From IMG/VR virus record IMGVR_UViG_3300030497_000009: a DNA stretch of 64,000 nt, one strand, 5' to 3'. The DNA is from a virus. Position 1 is the stretch's first letter. Each line of letters starts with the position of its first letter. Below are positions 25,772-34,686 of the stretch, in pieces. A model generated the notes under the pieces. The model was not told where the DNA came from, searched no databases, and worked only from the letters and a program-made list of their open reading frames with translations. The position numbers and the translations under genes were made by a program.

Positions 25772-26532
25772 TATTTATACACCCTCACATAGTCAATTTT
25801 GAAATCCACAGGAAACTTTTGGTTCTTAGCTGGAGCGCCAGCCCATGTTCCGCCAACCGCGGTATTAATATAGAGATACATCGGAACATTAGGCGACTTC
25901 TTGGACACGAAGGTAACTTTTCCGTCGAGCGTAAAGGTTACTTTATCCTTTCGCCACTCCACACCGTATACGTGGAAGTCATCTGTCAAGTTCGCTTTCG
26001 AGGTAACACCAGTGAAGTCTCGCTTGTGTTTACCGCGCTCTTGGTAGTGAATGACGTTCCACAGTTCGTTCGGCTTTTCAGCTAGCAATTCGGCAAAGTC
26101 AATTTCAGGATACGGCTCTCCATTCTCTGGTAGCATCCAAATAGCTGGTAGCAACCCCTTTCCTTTAGGGAACTTCGCTCTTACTTCGATTTTACCATAC
26201 TTTATCGGGGCTTTTCCTTGGGTGGTAATCGCACTGGAAGTATACGTAAAGCCCTTATAGTTTTCTTTCTTCGTTTCTAGTGACAAAATACCTTTGTTCA
26301 CAGTAACATTTTTCGGGACGTAGCGGTGTAGCCTTCCGTGGTCTTTCCAACCTTCATCTAGCAGATTCCATCTTTTCTTATTGAGATTGTCAAAGTTGTC
26401 TTCCCAAACGAGGTTACTATCTTTCTTCTCGATAACGTGTTCAACTTTTGGAGCCGGTGTAGGATCTTCGACTTTCGTAGCACACGCGGTTAACATAGCG
26501 ACAGATGACATAACTAACAGAACTTTTTTCAA
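25771..26532 (-). CDS. GH16 glycoside hydrolase lipoprotein
   Basis: Lipobox LTAC; YGKIEVRAK.P.GKGL.PAIW; catalytic EIDFAE (ExDxxE); FHVYGVEW; IDYVRVY; TAATG overlap with the GT2 gene. Confidence 0.92.
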   Translation of the reverse strand: MKKVLLVMSSVAMLTACATKVEDPTPAPKVEHVIEKKDSNLVWEDNFDNLNKKRWNLLDEGWKDHGRLHRYVPKNVTVNKGILSLETKKENYKGFTYTSSAITTQGKAPIKYGKIEVRAKFPKGKGLLPAIWMLPENGEPYPEIDFAELLAEKPNELWNVIHYQERGKHKRDFTGVTSKANLTDDFHVYGVEWRKDKVTFTLDGKVTFVSKKSPNVPMYLYINTAVGGTWAGAPAKNQKFPVDFKIDYVRVYK

Positions 26533-26574
26533 AACATATCCACTCCTTTATATTCAAGGGTTGCCCCTTCTATT

Positions 26575-26631
26575 AACTGACTATACTACTATTCTATTCA
26601 CAGTTCAACACTTTATTCCGAAATTTGTCAA
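26575..26631 (-). promoter_or_regulatory. SigmaA-type early promoter (copy F) driving GH16-GT2
   Basis: TTGACA, then 23 bp later TTGAAC-N17-TATAGT. Confidence 0.75.
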
Positions 26632-26764
26632 AAAGTGACAACCAGCGTCGTTAAGCTGTGAGAACGTCTTTTCTCTATATACTATTCAAAGAGAATCGAC
26701 GTGTTACAAATAGCTGGAAAGTTAGTTCTTTAGCCCTAGTGAACAACCTGTACAACAAAAGTTC

Positions 26765-27070
26765 GAGTGACAAGAACTTTTTTACCCCGTAATGAAAGAC
26801 TTGTAAATACTTGAATATATGTATATATTATAATAAACATACAGTGTACATGAATGACGTGTTCAATTCAGAAAACATAAAGTTTTCTGAAGCGATGTAC
26901 AACATCGCTGTACAACCATAAAATAAGAAAAAGAACTTCTACAATTCTTCTTAGCGGTTTACTGTACTCTGAGCTTGTCTGTAATAGGGTTATTTAACGT
27001 TTAAATACGATTCTGGTTTAAATACCTTCTATAGAAGTAAAGGGTGTTTAAAACGAAATCTGAAGGCTCT
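26765..27070. repeat. Structured non-coding element, copy 1 (origin-like)
   Basis: 32-nt block identical to 53962-53993, AT-rich tract, twin hairpins, and a 19-nt block identical to 54220-54238. Confidence 0.8.
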
Positions 27071-27090
27071 GAGAAATTATTGTACAAAAC

Positions 27091-27125
27091 GGAGAACTTT
27101 CTGGCTGGTTATCCTTTTATTTAGG
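27091..27125 (+). promoter_or_regulatory. Phage-sigma (middle-like) promoter
   Basis: GGAGAA-N18-TTTTATTTAG. Confidence 0.6.
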
Positions 27126-27190
27126 TGTATTAACTAAACGAGCGAGCTTGTGTAGGCGAAAAGACCTAACAAGCCGAAAGGAGAATAATT

Positions 27191-27607
27191 ATGTCAATCG
27201 ACGGTCGCATTAAAGTAAGAGAAAATAACTTGGTACGTTTGAACGCGGAAAGGGATTCGTTATTCACTCATAAAACAACTAACCAGTACGTTTACGATAT
27301 GATTGTAAATAGAGTTTCGGAGCTTGACAAAGAAATCGCGGTTGTTAAAGAAGAGATTAACCAATTAAAAAGAGAAACCCCGACTCCGGAGGGCTACAAA
27401 GTCAAAGCGGTTAAGGTTTTGGAAGACCTAGCCGGTTGTGACAAACTCGAAAAAGGCTTTGTTTTTGAAGCAGAAGAAGTAAACCCTAATAAGATTCGTG
27501 TATACACAGGGTATTACATCCCCTTACAAGGCGGAAGAACAGAGCCGGTGACTCATCTTATCAACCGTGACAACCCTAAAGTGGAGCTGTTATTTGGCCA
27601 TGAGTAA
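27191..27607 (+). CDS. Hypothetical protein (coiled coil plus SH3-like C-terminus)
   Basis: AAAGGAG RBS. Confidence 0.7.
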   Translation: MSIDGRIKVRENNLVRLNAERDSLFTHKTTNQYVYDMIVNRVSELDKEIAVVKEEINQLKRETPTPEGYKVKAVKVLEDLAGCDKLEKGFVFEAEEVNPNKIRVYTGYYIPLQGGRTEPVTHLINRDNPKVELLFGHE

Positions 27608-27857
27608 CGCACCCTGCTTTACACACGTTGTCAGCGCAGTCACGATGGTATCGAAAGACTGTATTGACCCACTTATCTTTGCTGGTAGAAAGTATCCTGT
27701 TATCGCGTACATGGGTGATGGTGAATACTTGATAGAAACTGAGCCGAGTGAATACTATCATTATAACGGCTTTTGTTGTGGTATCACGATTAGTATCCTA
27801 AAACCTAAGATTGAACAGGCAATTAAGTTTCTCGACTTGTCGGAGACGAAAACGTGA
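27600..27857 (+). CDS. Hypothetical protein
   Basis: Start reassigned to ATG 27600 (overlap with upstream stop). Confidence 0.6.
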   Translation: MSNAPCFTHVVSAVTMVSKDCIDPLIFAGRKYPVIAYMGDGEYLIETEPSEYYHYNGFCCGITISILKPKIEQAIKFLDLSETKT

Positions 27858-28012
27858 GCGTTTTCTTTGCTTGTTGCTCAGGATTTACGCAGGGCTTTCT
27901 CTCTATGCTATACGGGAAAACCCTAGAAGAAATGGCTGACGGATTTGTGGCAGGCTTTTCCGTTGGCGTTTCAGAATTTTGTTATTACTTAGAATACAGG
28001 GAGGAAATGTAA
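27854..28012 (+). CDS. 52-aa hypothetical protein
   Basis: GTGA coupling, GGAG RBS. Confidence 0.5.
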   Translation: MSVFFACCSGFTQGFLSMLYGKTLEEMADGFVAGFSVGVSEFCYYLEYREEM

Positions 28013-28279
28013 ATGGAAGAAAAGCAAGTAATTGGAATGGAAGCGGCATGCTGGAAGTGTGAAAAAGTTTGGAATATCTCAACTTTACCGGCTGGCGCAA
28101 CGAGCGTAAAATGTGACTGCGGAGGATTCGTTGTAACTCCAAGTGGAAAAGCGATGATGAGACCAATTTATGACGTGTTCGATTCAAGAGCACCACTATT
28201 AGAAGTTGGTGACAACGAAACACCAGAAGTTACACCAAACAGAATAATTCTTCCGGGAGACGAGGGATTCAAAGCATGA
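28013..28279 (+). CDS. Zinc-ribbon protein
   Basis: CWKC...CDCG. Confidence 0.7.
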   Translation: MEEKQVIGMEAACWKCEKVWNISTLPAGATSVKCDCGGFVVTPSGKAMMRPIYDVFDSRAPLLEVGDNETPEVTPNRIILPGDEGFKA

Positions 28280-28452
28280 CAACCTTCTTTCTATTTCTTG
28301 TGTGGTTAGCTTCGCTTATCATGATGTTCGTTAACTTCCACTGGATTTGGTTAGTCATCTTTATTATTATTACCATCTATTTCCTTATCAAAATCGGTGG
28401 TGGCGGTGATTTCCTAGATGGTATCGGTGACGGTATTAGCTTCTTTGACTAA
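28276..28452 (+). CDS. 58-aa membrane protein
   Basis: Two hydrophobic helices, Gly/Asp tail. Confidence 0.6.
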   Translation: MTTFFLFLVWLASLIMMFVNFHWIWLVIFIIITIYFLIKIGGGGDFLDGIGDGISFFD

Positions 28453-28528
28453 AATGGTTGTACTCGTATTATGAGATTATTGTAGGCGGTCTAAAAGCCG
28501 TCTATTCCAACACAGAGAGGTGTTTGCC

Positions 28529-28900
28529 ATGCGCATCCGAGATAATTTATACCACTACAAATTCCAAGTACAGAAAGTCATCGATGGAGACACCATTGTA
28601 GGCAAACTAGACAAAGGGCGAAATAACTTTGACGAGGAAGTACATATCCGCATGCTGGGTATTCAGGCTCCTGAGATTTCAAAAGCGAAGACAGCTGAAG
28701 AACGTGTGCGAGGGTACGAAGCAAAGAACTTTCTTACTGACCTTATTCTAGGTAAAAGCGTAATTGTCAAGACTGTTAAAGCTGACGACGATGACAACTT
28801 TGGACGTATGCTGGCCATCGTGTATCTCCCAGAAAAAGACGACTTAGACGTGAACCAATATATGATTGATTCTGGTCACGCTGTTGTATATGAAGCTTAA
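28529..28900 (+). CDS. Thermonuclease (SNase) family nuclease, no signal peptide
   Basis: KVIDGDTI, IRMLGIQAPE, DNFGRMLA, VNQYMIDSGHA. Confidence 0.9.
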   Translation: MRIRDNLYHYKFQVQKVIDGDTIVGKLDKGRNNFDEEVHIRMLGIQAPEISKAKTAEERVRGYEAKNFLTDLILGKSVIVKTVKADDDDNFGRMLAIVYLPEKDDLDVNQYMIDSGHAVVYEA

Positions 28901-28904
28901 TGAG

Positions 28905-28927
28905 AGCACCCTTTGGGGTGCTTTTTG
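28905..28927 (+). terminator. Intrinsic terminator
   Basis: AGCACCC-TTTG-GGGTGCT plus T-tract. Confidence 0.8.
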
Positions 28928-28935
28928 TACACAAA

Positions 28936-28968
28936 GGAGTAAAAAGATGACGTGTAGACTTTTATTAG
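28936..28968 (+). promoter_or_regulatory. Phage-sigma (middle-like) promoter
   Basis: GGAGTA-N18-TTTTATTAG. Confidence 0.75.
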
Positions 28969-29001
28969 TCGTAGTTAGTTAAAACGGGAAAGGGTGATTG
29001 G

Positions 29002-29253
29002 ATGCTAAGCTTTTTCAAAAAGAAATACCGTTATGGAATGTTGTATCAGGTGGACGCGGTAAAAGGCAGAAAAGGCACGATGCTTTACGTATTTAACCGA
29101 GGGTACAACGAGCTAGAACGAAAGTTTGTAATTGACGTTGAGACGTTTGATTCTGAACTAGTTAACGTACTAAACATCTTGGGCAATCAAGGCTGGGAAG
29201 TAATCCAAGTATCTGATGAAGTAATCTATTTTAGAAAGGTTGTTAGAAAATGA
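29002..29253 (+). CDS. Hypothetical protein (DUF4177-like C-terminus)
   Basis: LNILGNQGWEVIQV...YFRK. Confidence 0.55.
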   Translation: MLSFFKKKYRYGMLYQVDAVKGRKGTMLYVFNRGYNELERKFVIDVETFDSELVNVLNILGNQGWEVIQVSDEVIYFRKVVRK

Positions 29254-29642
29254 AGCCTTATATCTGGAAAGATGGGATGACTGAAAAAGAAATGCGCGAC
29301 GGTGCTTATTGGGAAAGAAACATGCTTGCTCTTTACTTTGCTAAACAGGTTAATAAAACGTGGGAAGCTTTTGTAGAGCTTCAAAAAGCTGAAGGAAAAA
29401 CTAATCCCCAGCTAGATAAACCAGTTCCGTGTGGTTGGTATAAACATGAAGGAGAGGGCTTCGAAGGATGGTCACGAGTAATATCTCTCTTTGAAGGCAG
29501 ATTCACCTTCCACGTTCCAGATGACTTTGACATGGGTGATATCCCTAGAATTGAACCTAACTGGGATGGACACTCTACAGAAGAGAAATGGAACGCGATG
29601 ATGAAAGCTTGTGGAATTAAAGTTGACATGGAGGGAAAATAA
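29250..29642 (+). CDS. WDGH-motif phage protein
   Basis: Y.ERN.L...A...GW...TFH...WDGHSTEEK. Confidence 0.7.
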   Translation: MKPYIWKDGMTEKEMRDGAYWERNMLALYFAKQVNKTWEAFVELQKAEGKTNPQLDKPVPCGWYKHEGEGFEGWSRVISLFEGRFTFHVPDDFDMGDIPRIEPNWDGHSTEEKWNAMMKACGIKVDMEGK

Positions 29643-29929
29643 TGAATATCGTAGCAGTAATAAGCGCGCATGAGGAACAGAGTACAAAGATGGTAGCTAC
29701 ACGCAAGAAGAAAGGTCACTATTTAGTCCAGTTTATAGACGATGAAACCATTGACCAAATAATCGAAACTGACGACCTTTCTGTTACCGAGCTTAAAAAG
29801 ATTATAACTGACCACCTAAAAATGGGTTACAAAGTAGTTTCAATCTCAAATACGATGACTGGACGAGGAAGAAAGCCCGTTGGTTTGTCTCTTGATTCGA
29901 CAATAACAGTGACTAGGGAGGTAGAATAA
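29642..29929 (+). CDS. Hypothetical protein
   Basis: TAATG coupling. Confidence 0.65.
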   Translation: MNIVAVISAHEEQSTKMVATRKKKGHYLVQFIDDETIDQIIETDDLSVTELKKIITDHLKMGYKVVSISNTMTGRGRKPVGLSLDSTITVTREVE

Positions 29930-30111
29930 TGGATAGAATCAAAAGTGCTAAAATCGTTGGTGAAACGGCTACAGCGTATAAACTTTTATTAACATGGTAC
30001 TCTGGTAGACCAGAAAACGCGGTGATTTCTAAGAACTCTGTTGCGGATTACGATGATGTGGAAGAATACTTAAACTCACCAGAAGGTATTAACTTCTTGA
30101 TGGGACTATAA
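29929..30111 (+). CDS. Hypothetical protein
   Basis: GGGAGG RBS. Confidence 0.65.
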   Translation: MDRIKSAKIVGETATAYKLLLTWYSGRPENAVISKNSVADYDDVEEYLNSPEGINFLMGL

Positions 30112-30115
30112 AAGA

Positions 30116-30142
30116 AAGAGCCAACTTGTTTGGCTCTTTTAT
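30116..30142 (+). terminator. Intrinsic terminator
   Basis: AAGAGCCAA-CTTGT-TTGGCTCTT plus T-tract. Confidence 0.75.
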
Positions 30143-30154
30143 TTTGTCAATTTG

Positions 30155-30188
30155 GGAGTATATTGTTTCCCACTGTTGTTATATTAGG
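30155..30188 (+). promoter_or_regulatory. Phage-sigma (middle-like) promoter
   Basis: GGAGTA-N18-TTATATTAG; TGGGA/TCCCA inverted repeat. Confidence 0.6.
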
Positions 30189-30215
30189 TATAGTTGCTTT
30201 AGGAGAGTGAATGAT

Positions 30216-30287
30216 ATGTTGGAATTATTAGGGGTATTAATAGCTTTTGGAGTAGCAGTATATATGATAGAGACAGCAAATGACTGA
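30216..30287 (+). CDS. 23-aa hydrophobic peptide
   Basis: AGGAG RBS after the promoter. Confidence 0.4.
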   Translation: MLELLGVLIAFGVAVYMIETAND

Positions 30288-30378
30288 AAACGGTACTAAG
30301 GAATTACGTCTAAACCTCAGTTGCTCACGTATTATTGAGTAGGGGCAATTAAAATCTAAGAAGACAGGAGAGGATTTT

Positions 30379-30903
30379 ATGAAGGAAAAGGTACTCTTTA
30401 CAAACGGTAAAATCGAAGTACGGGAGAGGGATGGCTGGTTCGTATATGCACATACCTCGTTTAATGGGGGCATAGGCGTGGCTGTACTAGCGTACAAGAC
30501 GATTAAAGGAAAACGTTGGTATTTAGGAAGGCACGAGGTAACGCCCTCTCACAGCGACAAACCGATGCTCTGCGCGCTCACGGGTGGGTACGAGAAAAAG
30601 ATGACACTCGTGGAATGTGCTCTTAAAGAGCTATACGAGGAAGGTGGGTTCCGCGCTCCCCTGACAGCAGCAAGTAATTTGGGGATTGTACGTCCGAGTA
30701 AAGCTTCCGATACGATTATGCACCTTTACGCTGTAGACCTAGACAGCACCGGTGTTGAAGAGCTTAAAAGTGTGAGCGAAGGTAAAGTTGGTAGGTACGG
30801 TAGTTACGTGAAGTGGGTAACGGAAGAAGACCTTATTTATGCAGACGATCCGTTAAACCACGCGATGATTCTCAGGTTAAAGTACGCCCATCGAAATAGT
30901 TGA
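30379..30903 (+). CDS. Nudix hydrolase
   Basis: Nudix box GGYEK...ECALKELYEEGG. Confidence 0.85.
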   Translation: MKEKVLFTNGKIEVRERDGWFVYAHTSFNGGIGVAVLAYKTIKGKRWYLGRHEVTPSHSDKPMLCALTGGYEKKMTLVECALKELYEEGGFRAPLTAASNLGIVRPSKASDTIMHLYAVDLDSTGVEELKSVSEGKVGRYGSYVKWVTEEDLIYADDPLNHAMILRLKYAHRNS

Positions 30904-30911
30904 TGTACAGG

Positions 30912-30945
30912 GGAGACAACTTTTGCGGTTGTCTCCTTTTATTAG
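30912..30945 (+). promoter_or_regulatory. Phage-sigma (middle-like) promoter overlapping an inverted repeat
   Basis: GGAGAC-N19-TTTTATTAG; GGAGACAAC...GTTGTCTCC hairpin. Confidence 0.65.
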
Positions 30946-30970
30946 GTATAAAACTATTAGGAGTGATTAC

Positions 30971-31372
30971 ATGGGTAGGACAAGAAAGCTAATATCAAGA
31001 ATCGTTAAAGCTACGTTTCGAGCGTCGATGAAAGAAAGGCTTGGAGTTTTACTATACGCGTCTTCAGAGGGTGAACAGTACCAAACGAGAATCATAAGCA
31101 ATGAAGATAAGTTTAGGATGGTTGAAGAGTTTCATAAGTACGGAACTATTACAGTTCGCGATATAGACAGTCCGGGAGCACTACACGTTATGGTTGTAGA
31201 GCCTACGGAGATTATGTTCTTTGACTTTGACTCTCGTTATATTAAGCTGTTAGGCTCTCTTGAATACGACTCTTCTGAAGAGGTTCCTGACGTGATGCCT
31301 GATATCGACTTTTTGAGACGTAGTGACCAACGACGAAAAGAAGAGAACGACAGCTGGAGGTTCTACCAATGA
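30971..31372 (+). CDS. Hypothetical protein
   Basis: Start reassigned to ATG 30971 behind AGGAG. Confidence 0.7.
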   Translation: MGRTRKLISRIVKATFRASMKERLGVLLYASSEGEQYQTRIISNEDKFRMVEEFHKYGTITVRDIDSPGALHVMVVEPTEIMFFDFDSRYIKLLGSLEYDSSEEVPDVMPDIDFLRRSDQRRKEENDSWRFYQ

Positions 31373-31470
31373 GACTAAAACGCAGACGCAGACACCGTCA
31401 GTCGAAGGCAGAAAAGATAGCAGATATTATCTTGGACATCATCGAAATTGTAGTTAGCTTTAAAAAGTAG
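31369..31470 (+). CDS. 33-aa Arg-rich peptide
   Basis: MRLKRRRRHRQ...; GGAGG RBS. Confidence 0.5.
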   Translation: MRLKRRRRHRQSKAEKIADIILDIIEIVVSFKK

Positions 31471-31541
31471 TTTGAAAAGTTGTGAAAAAGAGTAATCATT
31501 TAGTAACGACCAGAATAGTATAGATTAAAATTTAAAAGGAG

Positions 31542-31745
31542 ATGGATAAAATGGGACGGGTTGGAATCTTTTTATTTACAGTCGCTTGCCTCCTAGGGTT
31601 TACGGGTATGTTACAATTTATCGTAGGAATACCAGCAGTTAATACCTTGCTGGCGATTATCGCGGTGAGCGTGGTTGTTCACTTATTCGCTTTCTATTCA
31701 GCCGTTGAGCAGTTCGGAGGTAAAGTAAGTGATTCAGAGAATTAA
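31542..31745 (+). CDS. Two-helix membrane protein
   Basis: AAAGGAG RBS, two hydrophobic segments. Confidence 0.7.
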   Translation: MDKMGRVGIFLFTVACLLGFTGMLQFIVGIPAVNTLLAIIAVSVVVHLFAFYSAVEQFGGKVSDSEN

Positions 31746-31828
31746 GAAGCAAGGTGACTCTTGGAAGGTGGTTCAAGAATTAACAATTAAAGAGGGTAAG
31801 CTGGTAGAAAAGCAGAAGGGTTGACTTT

Positions 31829-31878
31829 CTGCTTTTTCAACACAACAAAATCGTGGTCTGCGGGAATAGATATTACTT
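31829..31878 (+). promoter_or_regulatory. Late-like promoter module (copy 1)
   Basis: 30 nt identical to 34610-34639, then AGATATTACTT at the same offset. Confidence 0.65.
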
Positions 31879-31908
31879 CTTGTAACTAAATATGAAGGAG
31901 TGATACTT

Positions 31909-33525
31909 ATGTCTTTACGTCCAGATAAAGGTAGATTGGGTGATGACGTTTCTGCTGAGATAGATTTCACCCTTATGCACGTTCAGGATCTAATCTTGAA
32001 AAAGACAGAATGGGATGCTAAAATCGGAGGTTTATCTAGTACCGTTGGCGTCAGCGTTGAGTCATTTGGTGCTAAAGGAGATGGCACAGATGAAACATCT
32101 AAACTACTAAATGCATTTACTTACGCCCTAGAGAATGACATCCCTGTAAATTTAGGCGTTAAAAAAGAGTACAACGTTACAAGTCAGATGAAATTAGAGT
32201 TAACAACAGGTAAAAAACTATCTATCAGAGGTAACGGTTCCACAATCAAATTTTCTGGAAGTGGTGTGACTGGAATACAGTCCGTTTTAGAAGTAACTGA
32301 TAATAGTACCATAAACTTAACGGGCACGTCAATAGAAGTTGATGATCTAACTTTTGACGGAGTAGGCATTCCTGAACAATGGGAAGTAACCACATACGCT
32401 AATTTAAAACAGCTGTGGGGCTTAACGCTTCGAGCTGACACTATCCGTTTGAACAGAGTGGGCTTTAAAAATCTTTATGGGTACGGAATTAAAGTCAGAG
32501 GTTTCCAAAACGTATTCATCGATGGAGTTCAAGCTGATAAGGTTGGCGGTTGCTGGTATACAAACGACACCTACGATGCATTTGGAGATTCGATTTATAT
32601 CGGTGGTGGTAAGCAACCTAACAACACAACGAAAATTGATAATGTATACGCGGTTGGTTATCCGTCAGACAGACCAAGAAAATCAAGAATTGGAATCGCT
32701 TTTGAGAAAAGTGTAGAGATTGTTGATATTAAAAACATCTACGTTGAGGGTTATAACCGTGCTGTTCATATTGAAAACTGCCCTAATGTAATCTTCAATG
32801 GAATTAGTCTAAAAACAAGACGCTCTGACGTACACGTTTATATTCATACAGGATATAAAACAATCATGGTTGACTCATGGGATGCTGAGTGTACATCAGG
32901 TGGAGCCTACGGTGGACGTTCTGGACTGATTGCATTTGATACAATCGTTAATACTCCAAGAACGTGTAACATAAAAAATGGAAAAGTTAAAATTATGAAC
33001 GATGTCTCCACAAACTTTGCTTCTGAAAAGGTTGTATTTGAAAACACAGATATCGTAAATAGTGGTGGAAGACAGACGATTTCAGGTGGGGACACAACGT
33101 TAAGAGGTGGAAAAGTAGAAGGAAAAGCCTTACGTATTTACGCTGGACTACTTGAAACGCACGGTTGTACTACAGAAGGTAAAGACACAAGTCCTGTCAT
33201 AGAGGTTGAGTTTGGTAGTTCAAAAGGACGGTTACTTTGGAACGGAGGTATCATGAAAGACAGTCGCATTCACCTAATTAACGTCCCCTATGCTATGTTT
33301 AGTAACTTCACAGCGATTGAAACGATGAACTACCAATACAGTTCAACGTGTGTGTTCATTTCCGATTCGGCTTCAAAAGCGTTTATCAAAAATGGAACGT
33401 TGAAGACTACGACAAACGATGCGACTAAGTTTGTATTTGCTGACTCTCGCACTGTTTATCAAGGTGACAGCTATAAGATCCTGATTGATAACTCATCTGC
33501 AAAGGTTGCGTCTACAATTGTTTAA
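31909..33525 (+). CDS. Right-handed beta-helix (pectate-lyase-like) tailspike/depolymerase candidate
   Basis: VSVESFGAKGDGTDET motif followed by repetitive V/I-N/G beta-helix turns (FGDSIYIG, IAFEK). Confidence 0.8.
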   Translation: MSLRPDKGRLGDDVSAEIDFTLMHVQDLILKKTEWDAKIGGLSSTVGVSVESFGAKGDGTDETSKLLNAFTYALENDIPVNLGVKKEYNVTSQMKLELTTGKKLSIRGNGSTIKFSGSGVTGIQSVLEVTDNSTINLTGTSIEVDDLTFDGVGIPEQWEVTTYANLKQLWGLTLRADTIRLNRVGFKNLYGYGIKVRGFQNVFIDGVQADKVGGCWYTNDTYDAFGDSIYIGGGKQPNNTTKIDNVYAVGYPSDRPRKSRIGIAFEKSVEIVDIKNIYVEGYNRAVHIENCPNVIFNGISLKTRRSDVHVYIHTGYKTIMVDSWDAECTSGGAYGGRSGLIAFDTIVNTPRTCNIKNGKVKIMNDVSTNFASEKVVFENTDIVNSGGRQTISGGDTTLRGGKVEGKALRIYAGLLETHGCTTEGKDTSPVIEVEFGSSKGRLLWNGGIMKDSRIHLINVPYAMFSNFTAIETMNYQYSSTCVFISDSASKAFIKNGTLKTTTNDATKFVFADSRTVYQGDSYKILIDNSSAKVASTIV

Positions 33526-33540
33526 TTTTTAAACTTTTTG

Positions 33541-33570
33541 TTGAATTGTGAAGTTCACTAGGGGTATACT
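33541..33570 (+). promoter_or_regulatory. SigmaA-type early promoter (copy G)
   Basis: TTGAAT-N18-TATACT; leader ends AAAAAGGAGAGG. Confidence 0.65.
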
Positions 33571-33625
33571 AAATGTGTAAGCTGAATATAATAAACTGAG
33601 AAACGAAAAAGGAGAGGTTTAATTT

Positions 33626-34588
33626 ATGAAACATTTAGTTGGTATCCCTAACGAGCTTCACTTTGCTTTTGAAAACGCGGTTGAGAATGGTAGCTTTAAA
33701 GAGTACGATGACATCCCGTTAAGTTTCGCTGTAAAAGAAGCTAAGGAGATTCTAGCAACGTTTGGAGAGAATGGTCACGTTAACCACGCTTTAATTAATT
33801 CGGGCGTTAAGGACGAATATGAGCCGGCTCAGAATGAGGTTAACGCGCTAATGTCTTATATCGAACGTTGGGAGCCAGAATTAGTGAACGAGGAAAATGT
33901 TGAAAAAGAAGGTATGGGTGAAAGCTCTCCTGTATATACTAAGGGTAAGAAGGAAAAGAAAACTACTTTAAAACCCAAAGGAGAGAATAAAATGACGACT
34001 TTTAAATGGAATAATCGCAAGAAGGCTACTGAAACGGCTGTTGAGTACAAAGTGGAAAAGAACATGAAACCTGAAGAAGCTGTAAAGGCTGTGTTAAAAG
34101 AATTTGAAGGTGTCTATCACGTAAACGGTGACCAGATTTCTGAAACGCGTTTAGCTAACTTTATCAAGCGTGTAGCCGACGAAAAGAAGTATAAGAAGTC
34201 TGCGAAAGCCGAAACGCCAAAGCTTGACTTAACGCATAAGAAAATCGAAGTGCTAGTTGGTAAAGGTGAACTTACTGAACTCCAAGCCCGTGTACTTGAT
34301 GCTGTTTACGTTCTATTAGAAGGCAACCACCCTTCGTTCTCTGACGCGACCCTAGATGATGTGGCTGATTATACGAGCCTGAAGCCGAACCAAATTAAAG
34401 GTGCTCTTGGCCATCTTATGAAGAAGGATTACGTTGAAACGAAAGAAACGACGTTTGCCAAGGATAAAACGGCTACCACTATCTGGATTAACGAAGACAA
34501 ACTTGAGCTGTACAACGATGACGTTCTTGAGTTTAAGCGCGGTATGGAAGCTGAGGAAGAAGCAGAAGCGGAAGCAGTAACCGAGTAA
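33626..34588 (+). CDS. Early protein with C-terminal winged HTH
   Basis: LTELQARVLD...ATLDDVADYTSLKPNQIKGALGHL.KKDYV. Confidence 0.7.
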   Translation: MKHLVGIPNELHFAFENAVENGSFKEYDDIPLSFAVKEAKEILATFGENGHVNHALINSGVKDEYEPAQNEVNALMSYIERWEPELVNEENVEKEGMGESSPVYTKGKKEKKTTLKPKGENKMTTFKWNNRKKATETAVEYKVEKNMKPEEAVKAVLKEFEGVYHVNGDQISETRLANFIKRVADEKKYKKSAKAETPKLDLTHKKIEVLVGKGELTELQARVLDAVYVLLEGNHPSFSDATLDDVADYTSLKPNQIKGALGHLMKKDYVETKETTFAKDKTATTIWINEDKLELYNDDVLEFKRGMEAEEEAEAEAVTE

Positions 34589-34609
34589 GCAACGGGCAGG
34601 GTTTATACC

Positions 34610-34659
34610 CTGCTTTTTCAACACAACAAAATCGTGGTCAAGAGAGCAAGATATTACTT
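34610..34659 (+). promoter_or_regulatory. Late-like promoter module (copy 2)
   Basis: 30 nt identical to 31829-31858, then AGATATTACTT. Confidence 0.65.
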
Positions 34660-34686
34660 TTAGTAAGCTACGAGAGGAGTGATATC

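Noticed and set aside
28165-28200. GTTCGATTC resembling a tRNA T-loop
   Set aside because: Inside the zinc-ribbon CDS; no acceptor, D or anticodon arms. No tRNA was found elsewhere by eye.
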